A stretch of DNA of 63,984 nt, filler included, from an uncultured bacterium (GTDB taxonomy: Bacteria; CAYJRR01): assembly GCA_964372275.1 (NCBI GenBank). It is 3 parts of 3 records of this genome, joined end to end, with 100 filler letters (N's around TTAATTAATTAA, not from the genome) between each part and the next. Parts side by side here need not be neighbours in the genome. Positions count along the whole stretch, not along the records: positions 1 to 26,743 come from CAYJRR010000061.1; 2 more parts are not named here. One strand, written 5' to 3'. This document shows positions 12,167 through 21,521 of the stretch, piece after piece. Made by a program: the position numbers and the translations under genes. The notes below the pieces were generated by a model that did not search any database, was not told where the DNA came from, and was given only the letters and a program-made list of their open reading frames with translations. Position 1 is the first letter of the stretch; each line of letters begins with the position of its first letter.

Positions 12167-12561
12167 TCTGTACTGGGGGCCCGTGCGCGCGGCCCTTCGG
12201 GCCGTGCTCCGATGCCCCCAGACCCCGCGGCCTCAGTCGGCCGTCGGCCTCCTTCGGCCTTGACCAAGGAAGATTCGCCCCTGCGGCGTCGCCCGTGCGC
12301 GCATTGGCCGTCGATTCTCGAACCTAGCCCCAATAACTCGACGTCCCTGGCGTTACTCGGTCAGAACGTGAACCGTTTCCCTTGAGATGACCCGAAACCT
12401 CGAGTGGCCCGTTTCCGTCCTCTTGGCTCTCGAAGCGGTTATTGGCCTAGGCCGTTCGGGGTCGAGCACGTTCCCGCGGTCCGGGAGCGTTATTTGAAAC
12501 AGTTTCGCCGGTTTCCTCGCTGATCGATCGCGGCCGCCGTTGAACGGATCTGGAGGGTCCC

Positions 12562-13623
12562 ATGGTTACTCGGCCGTCGATCTGCACGTTCTCCATTTGG
12601 AGGACGCCTCTCATTCGATCGGCGTTCTTGGGCGTTCTGATCGCGTTCCTGGGCTGCACCGAACGGCAGGAACCGAAGGCCGCGGCGGAGCCCGAGAGGA
12701 TTTCCGTGATGCTCGCGGGAGCGAACGATGTCGCGGCGATCTGTTCCAAGCATGCGGGCGAATCCGTTGGGGGCCGCGAATCCGTCCTCGGCGCGCTGAC
12801 CGCCAACAACCCCGATCTCAACACGATCTTCGGCGCGGGTACCTTGGCCTCGGAAAACACTCCGCTCCCGTTTCGGGAAGGAGTGCCACCCGACGTCGAC
12901 GTGAGGCAGCTCGCGCTCGACTACCTTCGGGTCTCGACGTCCAGTTATTGGCCTTCGGAGATAGAGCTGGTCCGAGGGCGGTGGGGATCCGGATCCTTTC
13001 TCCTTTCACGGATTCTCCGTGTCGGGAGCGCCCATCTTCGTATCGAAAGGACGTCAGTGGAGAGCCGCCACGCCGAATCAATCCTTCGACGGCTCGTACG
13101 GGCGAGTGTCGTCGAAGTTGACGAAAAGCCCGGGTCCAACGAAGGCTCCCGGGAGGTAATAGACATCGAACCGATCCTCGATCTCTCGCTGCGCTCCGCC
13201 GACGGTGCGTTCGCATTCGTCGATGCCCGCTCCTCCGGATACTCGACGCTACAGAGCCTCCGCACACGCTGCGTCGAAACGATCCTCGGCCGAGCGCTGA
13301 ACGAACCTGCTTGGACCGAGACGCCGGTGGGCGAGATCGAGCGCGCCTGGGTTCTCAAGCTTGCAATTGCCGAGAGGAAAAGGAGCGGGACCGTGCCCTA
13401 CGCCGTGATTGGTCTGATCGACTCGATCGGCGATAGGCGGTTCGAGCCGTTCTTACGCGAGTTGATCGAGAGACCGGTGGAATCGCAGTCTCTCGGATCG
13501 TTCGCTCGCACCATCGACTCCTATGCGAAGATCACCCGCCTCGACCTCCGGACTCGACCGTTCAAGGAAGCCGACGTGCCGGAGGTACGAGCGCGCTATG
13601 TCCGGCGATTCCAGCGAGAGTGA
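12562..13623 (+). CDS. hypothetical lipoprotein in lower-GC islet
   Basis: 353-aa ORF, hydrophobic stretch ending FLGC (lipobox-like), GGAGG SD; atypical codon usage. Confidence 0.55.
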   Translation: MVTRPSICTFSIWRTPLIRSAFLGVLIAFLGCTERQEPKAAAEPERISVMLAGANDVAAICSKHAGESVGGRESVLGALTANNPDLNTIFGAGTLASENTPLPFREGVPPDVDVRQLALDYLRVSTSSYWPSEIELVRGRWGSGSFLLSRILRVGSAHLRIERTSVESRHAESILRRLVRASVVEVDEKPGSNEGSREVIDIEPILDLSLRSADGAFAFVDARSSGYSTLQSLRTRCVETILGRALNEPAWTETPVGEIERAWVLKLAIAERKRSGTVPYAVIGLIDSIGDRRFEPFLRELIERPVESQSLGSFARTIDSYAKITRLDLRTRPFKEADVPEVRARYVRRFQRE

Positions 13624-13981
13624 CCGCCTATTTCGACAGCCAGCGATGTCGAAAGAAGGTCGAGGAGATTTTCGGCTGGATGAAGACGGTCGGCGGCTTC
13701 CGGAAGACACGCTACCGGGGAATCGCTCGGACAGGTCTCTGGGCCTGCTTCGTGGGGGCCGCCTACAACCTGCTCCGGATCGCGAAGCTTGCGATACCGA
13801 TGCCTGCCGGTGCTGTTGGACGCTGACCAAGGCTGCTGGGCAACCCCAGCCGACAGCCTTTGCAAGGGCGGTGAAGAGGGGGCGGCGGAGCGGTTGCCGA
13901 GTCCGCGAGGTTTAGCGGAGCCGGCCCCTCTTCACCGCCCTTGCCCGGGCTTCTCCCTGGGGTTGTTCAGCGGCCTGCTAG
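13620..13981 (+). mobile_element. IS5-family transposase C-terminal remnant plus probable right end
   Basis: SQRCRKKVEEIFGWMKTVGGFRKTRYRG...AAYNLLRIAKL is the DDE glutamate/C-terminal region; TTGTTCAGCGGCCTGCTAG at 13963-13981 resembles ends of this IS group; no 5' part. Confidence 0.8.
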
Positions 13982-13983
13982 AG

Positions 13984-14526
13984 CTAGAGCTTCCACTGCA
14001 GCATCACCCGGTCGCGGGCTTCGTCGATGTCGTAGAGGGGGACGGTGAGGTTCTCCCGCTCGCGGCGTTCGGTCAGCTGGCGGATGATGTCGTTGTCCAT
14101 GTCGCGCAGGCGCATGGCGACGACCGAAGCGAGGTAGGCGGTCATCTTCAGCGCCGCGAGGTCGTCGCGCGCCAGGCGCTCGCGAAACGAATCGCGCGCG
14201 ATCTTCATCAGCGAGGCGCGGGTCCGCGCCCGGGCCGCGGCGCTGCGCGTCTCCTCCGTGAGCAGGCTCATCTCCCCGAACACCGATCGGGTGTCGAGCA
14301 CCGCCAGGATGCGGCTTTCGCCGGTGGGAAGCGCCTTCACGATCTCCACCTCGCCGCTCACGACCACGTACATCGCGTCCCCGGAGTCCTGCTCGGAGAA
14401 GACGAGATCCCCCGCCTCGACGTGGACGATCGACGTCTGCGCGACGACGTCCCGGATCTCGTCGGGCGAAAGGACGGCGAACAGCGGGACCTTCTTGAGG
14501 ACGGAGAGCGGGTCCGACGGGGCCAT
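13984..14526 (-). CDS. stand-alone cyclic-nucleotide-binding domain protein
   Basis: LKKVPLFA, GDAMYVVVSGEVEI, FGEMSLL..RSAAARA; no HTH. Confidence 0.88.
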   Translation of the reverse strand: MAPSDPLSVLKKVPLFAVLSPDEIRDVVAQTSIVHVEAGDLVFSEQDSGDAMYVVVSGEVEIVKALPTGESRILAVLDTRSVFGEMSLLTEETRSAAARARTRASLMKIARDSFRERLARDDLAALKMTAYLASVVAMRLRDMDNDIIRQLTERRERENLTVPLYDIDEARDRVMLQWKL

Positions 14527-14541
14527 TCCACCCCGACGCTA

Positions 14542-15711
14542 TCACGGGTCGAAGGGCGGCGGAGGATCGAGGTACGGCACCTCGAACCCGTCGACGAGCG
14601 CCGCCACGTGGGTGGCTCGGCCGTTCCAGACGATCCCGCCGGCGTGGAATCCGGGGAGGTCGATCGCGACCCGCGCACCCCCTCCGGACCACTCGACGAA
14701 GCGCGCATCGCTTGCGCGGAGTGCCTGCAACGCCCACATCGCCGCGCCACGGCCGTCGTCGCCGCCGTAGACCGACACCTGCATCGCGTAGGAGCGGACG
14801 AGCTTCGGCCACAGCTCACGCATCAGGCGGGAGTCGTCGAACAGTTCGACGCCGAGCACGCGACCGGCGGAGGTGAAGACGGCGCCGACCGCGCGGCCAC
14901 GCCAGGCCGACGGCGGCGCGCACCGGGAGACGATCTCGTCGAGGCGACGCGTGACGGCGGGGGACTCGACGTAGGAGCGGTAGGCCCCCGTGGCGCTCGA
15001 GACGCCAGCTTCGGCGCTCTTTCGCTCCACGTGCGACCAGATGTCCTCCTGGCTCCGCCCCGCCGCGGCGCGCGACCGGAGGGCGCCGTCGGCGACCACG
15101 CTGGGCGCGGAGTCGAACGCCGCGCCGCGCGACGCGCGCGCGTCCCAACGACCCTTCTCCACACAGTAGACCGAGACCTCGATCGTGGCGTGCGGAGGCA
15201 CCACCACGTCCTGCCGCAGAACGCGATCCTGCTTCCCTCCGAGCAGGATCTCGCCCGCGAGGAGGAAGACCGGCCGGCGGCCGTGGTTCACCACCAACAG
15301 ACTCGGGACGCTTCCGGCCCCGACCTCGGTGACGCGGAGCGAGCCGCGCCGCACCGCTTCGTCGAGCGTGAGCATCTCCTCTCCGCGTGGCGGGCGCGAT
15401 CCGACGAGGATCGGATGGACGGTCAGACCGGAGTGTCCGTAGGGGCCGCCGAGCCAGGCCTCGGCCAGGAGGCGACGAACCGCATCGGCGTACGGGTCGT
15501 AGCTCGGGGGAGGAGGGGGTGGTGGCGGCGGCGGGGGTTCGTACGGCGGAGGTGGAAGCCAGGGGGTCGGCGGCGGCGGTGCGGCGGTCCCCGAGCCGGG
15601 ACCGACCTCCACCCAGGCGGCCGGGACCGGGTCGGCAACCAGCCAGGCGAGCAGACCCATCCCTCGGACGGCGGCCGCCAGGCCCCGTCGGAACGCGCTC
15701 TTCCGGTTCAT
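14542..15711 (-). CDS. exported ARPP-1 (DUF6569) domain protein with Pro-rich linker
   Basis: LTLDEA..LRVTE..SVPSL.VVN...PVFLLAGEILLGGKQDRV...YCVEKGRW; N-terminal basic plus hydrophobic signal; poly-Pro tract. Confidence 0.75.
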   Translation of the reverse strand: MNRKSAFRRGLAAAVRGMGLLAWLVADPVPAAWVEVGPGSGTAAPPPPTPWLPPPPYEPPPPPPPPPPPSYDPYADAVRRLLAEAWLGGPYGHSGLTVHPILVGSRPPRGEEMLTLDEAVRRGSLRVTEVGAGSVPSLLVVNHGRRPVFLLAGEILLGGKQDRVLRQDVVVPPHATIEVSVYCVEKGRWDARASRGAAFDSAPSVVADGALRSRAAAGRSQEDIWSHVERKSAEAGVSSATGAYRSYVESPAVTRRLDEIVSRCAPPSAWRGRAVGAVFTSAGRVLGVELFDDSRLMRELWPKLVRSYAMQVSVYGGDDGRGAAMWALQALRASDARFVEWSGGGARVAIDLPGFHAGGIVWNGRATHVAALVDGFEVPYLDPPPPFDP

Positions 15712-15775
15712 GGAGAGACGGACAACCGGTCCCCCGGCCAGGTTCCAGCCGGCCGTCGCAGGACCCCGCCGGCGG

Positions 15776-17185
15776 TCAGCGGCGAGTGACGGTGATCCGG
15801 ACGCGGACCCGACCGTCGACGGCCGAGCCCCTGCGCTCGACCGTCCCCAGCGCGCGGAGGCGAGCCAACAGATCGTCCACGTGATCGCCGTCGATCTCGG
15901 CCACCACCGTCGTCGAACTCCCCACCTTCGAAAGGGAGGGAACGTTGCCGACCGGCGCCACCACCGTCCCGCCCGCTGCCCGGACCGCCTCGATCGCCTC
16001 GGCGGGGGCGATCGCCGACGCGCGCCGGAAGGTGATCTGCACGGCAGCCGCCTCCTCCTTCGACGATTCGCGGTCCACCGTCGAGGCCGCGCCGCCGCCA
16101 CTCGGCGCGGACCCGGTCTGAGACCAGTCCCCACCGGCTTCCGACGCGGGCCCGCCTCCCCCCCATTCGTCGGAGGCCGCCGCGGCGCGCCCTCGACGCG
16201 AGCCGCCGGCGTCCTTCTTCTTCTCGGCGCGCACGTCCTTGGCGGCCGGCGCCGGAGCCGCGGGGGGCGGCTCCAACGAGGGCTCGGCGGAATACGACGC
16301 GTCACTGCCGATCGAGTCGAGCGACGGCGCCATCTCCGCTTCCAACGAGGACTCCTCCACGAAGGTACTGGCCGGTGGCGGCGCGAAGTTCACAATGGGC
16401 TCCGGGGGCGGTGGGGCGCGCGGCGCAGCGGCTCTCCGCGGCACGCCGTCCGGCTCGTCCGACGCCTTCCCGAAGGCGGGTTCCGCGACGACGACCGACG
16501 AAGGCGGAGGAGAAGCCCTGGCGCTCCGCTCGGGAATCGCCACGATTTGCGGGCGCGCCTTGGCCACGGGCGGGGGTCGATTCGCTTTGTCGCGCTCCTC
16601 GTCGGCTGGACCGCTCTCGAAGCGTGCCTCGCGTTCCGTCGTGGCGCCGAGCCCCCCCGCACCGCCGAACACCCGATCTGCCGCGGTTGCTTCGGGCTCG
16701 GCCGGGGGCGCAAGCGCGGAGGGCGGCGGAGGCGGCTCCTCCACCACCGTGCTCGCCTGCGCGCCGGCGTCGAGCGAATCCTCGATGATGACATCGGCCG
16801 TGCGGCGCCCGGGCGCGCCGTCCAGCGCGAACAGGTCGGCGCGATCGTTGCGATACATCCAGACGCCGGCGATCAGCACCGTCGAGGCGAAGACGACCCC
16901 GGCCGCCACCGGCCTCGGGATCCGCGTCGCCGCGACGAGCCCCTCCTGCAGCCACTGGAGCCAGCTCCGCCGCTCGGCCTTCTCGCGCACCCGCGCCAGC
17001 AGATCGACCGGGGCGCGGTGGACCGGCAGGGCGCGGAGCATCCCCCGAACCGCCCGGAGGGCCTCCAACTCCCTCGCGCATTCGCGGCAACCGTCGATGT
17101 GGCGGGTCAGTTCCGCACGGCGGACCGGATCGACCGCCTCGTCGAGGAGCTCGCTCAGGGAATTTCGTGCCATGAAGCAGGTCAT
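15776..17185 (-). CDS. zinc-finger (zf-HC2) transmembrane anti-sigma factor
   Basis: C...HIDGCREC, single TM, long low-complexity periplasmic region; overlaps sigma gene stop. Confidence 0.85.
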   Translation of the reverse strand: MTCFMARNSLSELLDEAVDPVRRAELTRHIDGCRECARELEALRAVRGMLRALPVHRAPVDLLARVREKAERRSWLQWLQEGLVAATRIPRPVAAGVVFASTVLIAGVWMYRNDRADLFALDGAPGRRTADVIIEDSLDAGAQASTVVEEPPPPPSALAPPAEPEATAADRVFGGAGGLGATTEREARFESGPADEERDKANRPPPVAKARPQIVAIPERSARASPPPSSVVVAEPAFGKASDEPDGVPRRAAAPRAPPPPEPIVNFAPPPASTFVEESSLEAEMAPSLDSIGSDASYSAEPSLEPPPAAPAPAAKDVRAEKKKDAGGSRRGRAAAASDEWGGGGPASEAGGDWSQTGSAPSGGGAASTVDRESSKEEAAAVQITFRRASAIAPAEAIEAVRAAGGTVVAPVGNVPSLSKVGSSTTVVAEIDGDHVDDLLARLRALGTVERRGSAVDGRVRVRITVTRR

Positions 17186-17850
17186 CGGGATCGCTCGTCC
17201 GTGTTAGACAGCCGGGCGCGAAGCTCGTTCCGTGCCCGGTGAAGGCGTGACTTGACCGTCCCCTCGGCCAACCCGAGCGCCTCGCCGATCTCCTCGTACG
17301 AGAGATCCTCCACGTCGCGCAGCAGGACGATCAACCGGTGGTCCTCGTCGAGGGCGCTGATCGCGTCCTGGATGCGGGCGTTCAGACGGCGGCGGGCCGA
17401 CAACTCCTCGGGGGACTCCCCTTCCGCCGGCAGCTCGCGACGGAGCTCGCCGTCCTCCGTCTCGGCGCCTGAGTCGATCGATTCCTGCTGGTGGTGTTTT
17501 CGCCGACGCAGGTACTTCGCTTTGTTGTGACACTGATTGGCGACGATGCGGAACAGCCAGGTGGAGAACTTGGAGCTCTTCTGGAAGCCCTGGACGTGCT
17601 GGAAGACCGACACGAAGACGTCCTGCGCGACCTCTTCCGCGATTGCCCGATCCCGCAGGAATCGGAAGGCCAGGCTGAACACGCGATCCTGGTAACGCCG
17701 CACGAGCGCCTCGAACGCCCCCGGCTGCTTTCGCTGGCACCGCTCGACCAGGTCGAGGTCGGGATCGATCCGCGGGTTCGCCGCGTCGGCGCTACCGGCG
17801 ATCGGCGCCGGCTCGACGTCCGGCCTCCCTCCCGCGCCGCGCTCAACCAC
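17182..17850 (-). CDS. ECF RNA polymerase sigma-70 factor
   Basis: AEEVAQDVF, FSTWLFRIVAN, LSYEEIGEALGLAEGTVKSRLHRAR. Confidence 0.95.
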   Translation of the reverse strand: MVERGAGGRPDVEPAPIAGSADAANPRIDPDLDLVERCQRKQPGAFEALVRRYQDRVFSLAFRFLRDRAIAEEVAQDVFVSVFQHVQGFQKSSKFSTWLFRIVANQCHNKAKYLRRRKHHQQESIDSGAETEDGELRRELPAEGESPEELSARRRLNARIQDAISALDEDHRLIVLLRDVEDLSYEEIGEALGLAEGTVKSRLHRARNELRARLSNTDERSR

Positions 17851-19288
17851 CGGTGCCTCCCAGTCTCGCCAGGTTCGCGCGCGCGCGCTCGTACGCCGGA
17901 TTCACCGCCAACGCCCGCCGGAACTGTGCCTCCGCCTTGGACCGCTCCCCCGCCGCGAGCAGGAGCTCGCCGAGGAGGTTCTGCACGTCGGCGTAGGCCG
18001 GATGCCGCTCGGCGAACGGTCGAAGACGGGCGAGCCCTTCCTCGACGCGACCCATGCGCAGCAGCGTGCGCGCCAGACCGATGCCCGACGGTAGGTAGGA
18101 GGGATCGATCTCCAGCGCCGCCTGGTCCTGCGCCAGCGCGTCCTCGAATCGCGAGAGCGCCAGGTAGGTTTCGGCCAACGTCCGGCGGATCTCGACCAGC
18201 GGCGGAGCCTTTGGCGCCTCGCCCGCCGCGGTCGCGCGAGCCGCGGGGGCGCGGTCGGGGATCGAGGCGGTGGTCGCCACCTCCCCACGCGAGGCGCCGC
18301 GCCCGGTTTGGGCCGCCGCGGCCGGTGGCACGCCGACGGAAACGGAGGGGGCGGCGGCGGCAGGTGCGGAGACCGGCGCGTTCGCCGGCGGGTCCGCGGC
18401 TGGGCGCGCGGACGCCGCGCGCTCCGTCGCGACGCGCGCCTCGGCCTCCGGCAACTCGGCCTCCAGCAGCGCCGCCTGCATCGAAAGCTCCTCCTCGAGG
18501 GCGGCGAGCGTCGGCGACTCGGGTGGGATCGGGAACGGCCGGACCTTCTGCCGCCTCCGCGGCAACACGATCGCCGCCGACAGGCCGGCCGCGATCAGGG
18601 CGAGGGCAAACCAGAACTTTCCGCCGACGCTCCACGTCTTCGCCATCCGCGGCGGCTCGAAGCCCGGCAGGTGCTTGGCGACCGGCACCTCGGGACCGTC
18701 GCCGCGCCGGTAGCGGAGCAGCTTCCGGCTATACTCCCCCTCCGAGACCTCCAGCGGACCGACGCCACGCGCGTACCAGATGTGTCCGGCGAAGATCGGC
18801 TCGGGAAGGCTGGTGAAGTCGACGCGGATCCCGTCGGTCAGGCTTCCGTCGGGAGCGGTGATGCTCCGCCGCTCGGTGACGCGGAACTCCACCCGGCCGG
18901 TCGGCGTCCACGACTCCCATCGCGCGCCCAGATGCAACGGAAACCGGAGGACCCACGTCGTACGCTCCGGCGACGGCATCGTCGACGGCGGTTCGTGGAC
19001 GCGCGCCACCCCCTTCTCCGTGCGGATCAACCAGACGTCGGCGCCGTCCGCGCCGGCGACCGCCGCCGCCTGCGCAAGCACGTGGCCGGCGGAGTCCCGG
19101 ATCTCCTGCACCGAGCGCACGGTGTCGGCCGACTCCCGCCCATCGCTCGCCAGGAAGCTCCACCGCGACCCGACGACCAGTGGCAAGTAGTCGGCGTCGG
19201 CGACCTTCGCCTGAGCGGCGCCGCCCGCCGCCCCTCCAGCGAGCGCCGAGGCCATCACCAAGGCGCGAACTCCAGCTGCCTGTTTCAT
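17843..19288 (-). CDS. membrane protein: exported beta domain, TM, cytoplasmic TPR repeats
   Basis: Signal peptide, YLPLVVGSRWSF...IWYARGVGP domain, TM helix, C-terminal TPRs (AEAQFRRALAVNPAYERARANL); ATGA overlap with moaC. Confidence 0.75.
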   Translation of the reverse strand: MKQAAGVRALVMASALAGGAAGGAAQAKVADADYLPLVVGSRWSFLASDGRESADTVRSVQEIRDSAGHVLAQAAAVAGADGADVWLIRTEKGVARVHEPPSTMPSPERTTWVLRFPLHLGARWESWTPTGRVEFRVTERRSITAPDGSLTDGIRVDFTSLPEPIFAGHIWYARGVGPLEVSEGEYSRKLLRYRRGDGPEVPVAKHLPGFEPPRMAKTWSVGGKFWFALALIAAGLSAAIVLPRRRQKVRPFPIPPESPTLAALEEELSMQAALLEAELPEAEARVATERAASARPAADPPANAPVSAPAAAAPSVSVGVPPAAAAQTGRGASRGEVATTASIPDRAPAARATAAGEAPKAPPLVEIRRTLAETYLALSRFEDALAQDQAALEIDPSYLPSGIGLARTLLRMGRVEEGLARLRPFAERHPAYADVQNLLGELLLAAGERSKAEAQFRRALAVNPAYERARANLARLGGTGG

Positions 19289-19863
19289 CGGGCCCGAATC
19301 GCTCCTCCGGGACCGATCCTCGTGCCCCGATCGTTCGCGCTGGCCCGCCACGTCCCGCTGCGACCGCCGCTCTTCTCGATCAGGCGGATCCGCTCCACCC
19401 GGATCCCGCGGTCGACCGCCTTCAACATGTCGTAGATCGCGAGCGACGCGGCGGCGACGGCGGTCAACGCCTCCATCTCGACGCCGGTCCTCCCCACACA
19501 CCGGACCGAGGAGGTGACGCTCACGCGCGAACGGCCGGCGTCGAGCGCGAAGTCGACCGCCACCGAGCTCAAGGCGATCGGGTGGCAGAGCGGGATCCAC
19601 TCCGACGTGCGCTTCGCCGCCTGGATCCCGGCGATGCGCGCCACCGCCAGCGCGTCCCCCTTCTTCGCCCGGCCGGACGCGAACTGCCGGAACGCCTCGC
19701 GCGACAGGCGGACCTCGCCGCGCGCGACGGCCCGCCGCTCGGTCTCGGGCTTCCCCCCGACGTCGACCATCCGGGCCCGGCCCTTGGCGTCCAGGTGGGT
19801 GAGGGTGGGGACGCGGAGGGAGGATTGGGGGGAGTCCCCCCGGGAGCGCGGACGCGCGGACAT
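19285..19863 (-). CDS. moaC: cyclic pyranopterin monophosphate synthase MoaC
   Basis: LTHLD..GRARMVDV, IPLCHP, TGVEMEAL, IYDMLKAVD, EKSGGRSG. Confidence 0.96.
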   Translation of the reverse strand: MSARPRSRGDSPQSSLRVPTLTHLDAKGRARMVDVGGKPETERRAVARGEVRLSREAFRQFASGRAKKGDALAVARIAGIQAAKRTSEWIPLCHPIALSSVAVDFALDAGRSRVSVTSSVRCVGRTGVEMEALTAVAAASLAIYDMLKAVDRGIRVERIRLIEKSGGRSGTWRASANDRGTRIGPGGAIRAR

Positions 19864-19906
19864 TGTCGTTGGAGTATAGTCCCCCTCCCTTCAGGAGGTA
19901 GTTCGC

Positions 19907-20926
19907 ATGTCGACGGCTCGGGAAGCGCGGGAGGTGGTGATCATCGGCTCCGGACCCGCCGGATTCACCGCCGCGCTCTACACCGCGCGCGCGAAGCTCC
20001 GGCCCCTCCAGTACGAGGGCCTGGCCGCGGGCGGCGTCGGAGGCCTTCCGGGCGGTCAGCTGATGCTGACCACCGAGGTGGAGAACTATCCCGGGTTCGA
20101 GCACGGGATCGACGGGCCGAAGCTGATGGAGGTGATGCGCAAGCAAGCGCTCCGATTCGGCACCGAGATCCGGTCGCTCGACGTGACCAAGGTCGACTTC
20201 ACGCGCCGTCCGTTCCGCATCGAGGCGGGCGAGGAGACGGTCGAAGCCAAGGCGGTGATCATCGCCACCGGCGCGAAGGCCAAGCTGCTGGGTCTCCCGG
20301 AGGAACGGACGGTCGAGCAGGGGGGCCTGATGGGCCGCGGCGTCTCGACCTGCGCCACCTGTGACGGCGCCTTCTTCCGCGACGCCGATCTGGCGGTGGT
20401 GGGCGGCGGCGACAGCGCGATGGAGGAGGCGAACTTCCTCACCCGTTTCGCGAAGACGGTGACGATCGTCCACCGGCGACAGGAGTTCCGCGCCTCCAAG
20501 ATCATGGTCGACCGCGCCAAGGCCAATCCCAAGATCCGGTTCCTGCTCGATTCGTCGATCGACAAGATCCACGACGTGGCGAAGGGGACGGTCACCGGGG
20601 TGCGCATCGTGCACCTGCCGACCGGCGAGCGCCGCGATCTGCCGGTGGAGGGGGTCTTCGTCGCCATCGGCCACACCCCGAACACCGCCCTGTTCCAGGG
20701 TCAGATCGAGCTCGACGCGAACGGCTATGTCGTCACCAAGAAGGGGACCTCGACCAGCGTCCCCGGTATCTTCGCCTGCGGCGACGTCGCCGACCACGTC
20801 TACCGCCAGGCGATCACCGCCGCCGGCACGGGCTGCCAGTCGGCGCTGGACGCGGAGCGATGGCTCGCCCACGGCAACCACCTCGTCGACGCCGCCGCCA
20901 ACGACGCGCGCTCCGTTCACGCGTAG
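19907..20926 (+). CDS. trxB: thioredoxin-disulfide reductase
   Basis: IIGSGPAG, CATCDG, VVGGGDSAMEEA, YRQAITAAG; AGGAGG SD. Confidence 0.97.
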   Translation: MSTAREAREVVIIGSGPAGFTAALYTARAKLRPLQYEGLAAGGVGGLPGGQLMLTTEVENYPGFEHGIDGPKLMEVMRKQALRFGTEIRSLDVTKVDFTRRPFRIEAGEETVEAKAVIIATGAKAKLLGLPEERTVEQGGLMGRGVSTCATCDGAFFRDADLAVVGGGDSAMEEANFLTRFAKTVTIVHRRQEFRASKIMVDRAKANPKIRFLLDSSIDKIHDVAKGTVTGVRIVHLPTGERRDLPVEGVFVAIGHTPNTALFQGQIELDANGYVVTKKGTSTSVPGIFACGDVADHVYRQAITAAGTGCQSALDAERWLAHGNHLVDAAANDARSVHA

Positions 20927-20936
20927 TCTCGACCCG

Positions 20937-21521
20937 CTATCGAATCGTGGCGGAAAAACGGCCCCGCACCGCGGAGCCGAGCTCGGTGCCCGCCTTCTCG
21001 ATCGTGACGGTGCCCCCCACGCCTTCCGCCTCGCGCTCGATCTCGACCGGAATCCCGTTGGCGTCGAACGTGATCTCGGCGACGAGCAGCGCGGCGCGGT
21101 CGTCCTCGGGAGGGGACGGCACGATCGCGGCCGATCCGCCGTCGATCCACGCTTCCGGCGCGATCTGGATCTCCACCACTTCGAGCCGCGTCTCGGAGAC
21201 GAACTGGTGGATCTGCACCGCGTAGAAGGAGACCTCGTCCGGGTCGAACGTCTGTTGCCCGTTCGCGTCGATGGCGAACGCCGAGGCCCCTTGCGCAATC
21301 GTCCGTGAACCGCCGGCCCGCGTGATCACCACCGCGCCGTCTCCGACGTTCGGCGGATCGGAGCCGGGCACGTAGATCTCGCAATCGAAGGAACCGGTCG
21401 CGGTGCCACCGGCCGGATCGCCGCCGCCCTCGGCGCCGCAACCGGTCAGTGCCAACAGGGCCGAAGCGAGCGACGCCGCGCCCGCCCGGCCACTACCGGA
21501 GCGCCGACGCCGCACGGTCAC
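20937..21521 (-). CDS. lipoprotein A of tandem array (apparent circular permutant)
   Basis: Lipobox LTGC; shares array motifs in swapped order. Confidence 0.75.
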   Translation of the reverse strand: MTVRRRRSGSGRAGAASLASALLALTGCGAEGGGDPAGGTATGSFDCEIYVPGSDPPNVGDGAVVITRAGGSRTIAQGASAFAIDANGQQTFDPDEVSFYAVQIHQFVSETRLEVVEIQIAPEAWIDGGSAAIVPSPPEDDRAALLVAEITFDANGIPVEIEREAEGVGGTVTIEKAGTELGSAVRGRFSATIR

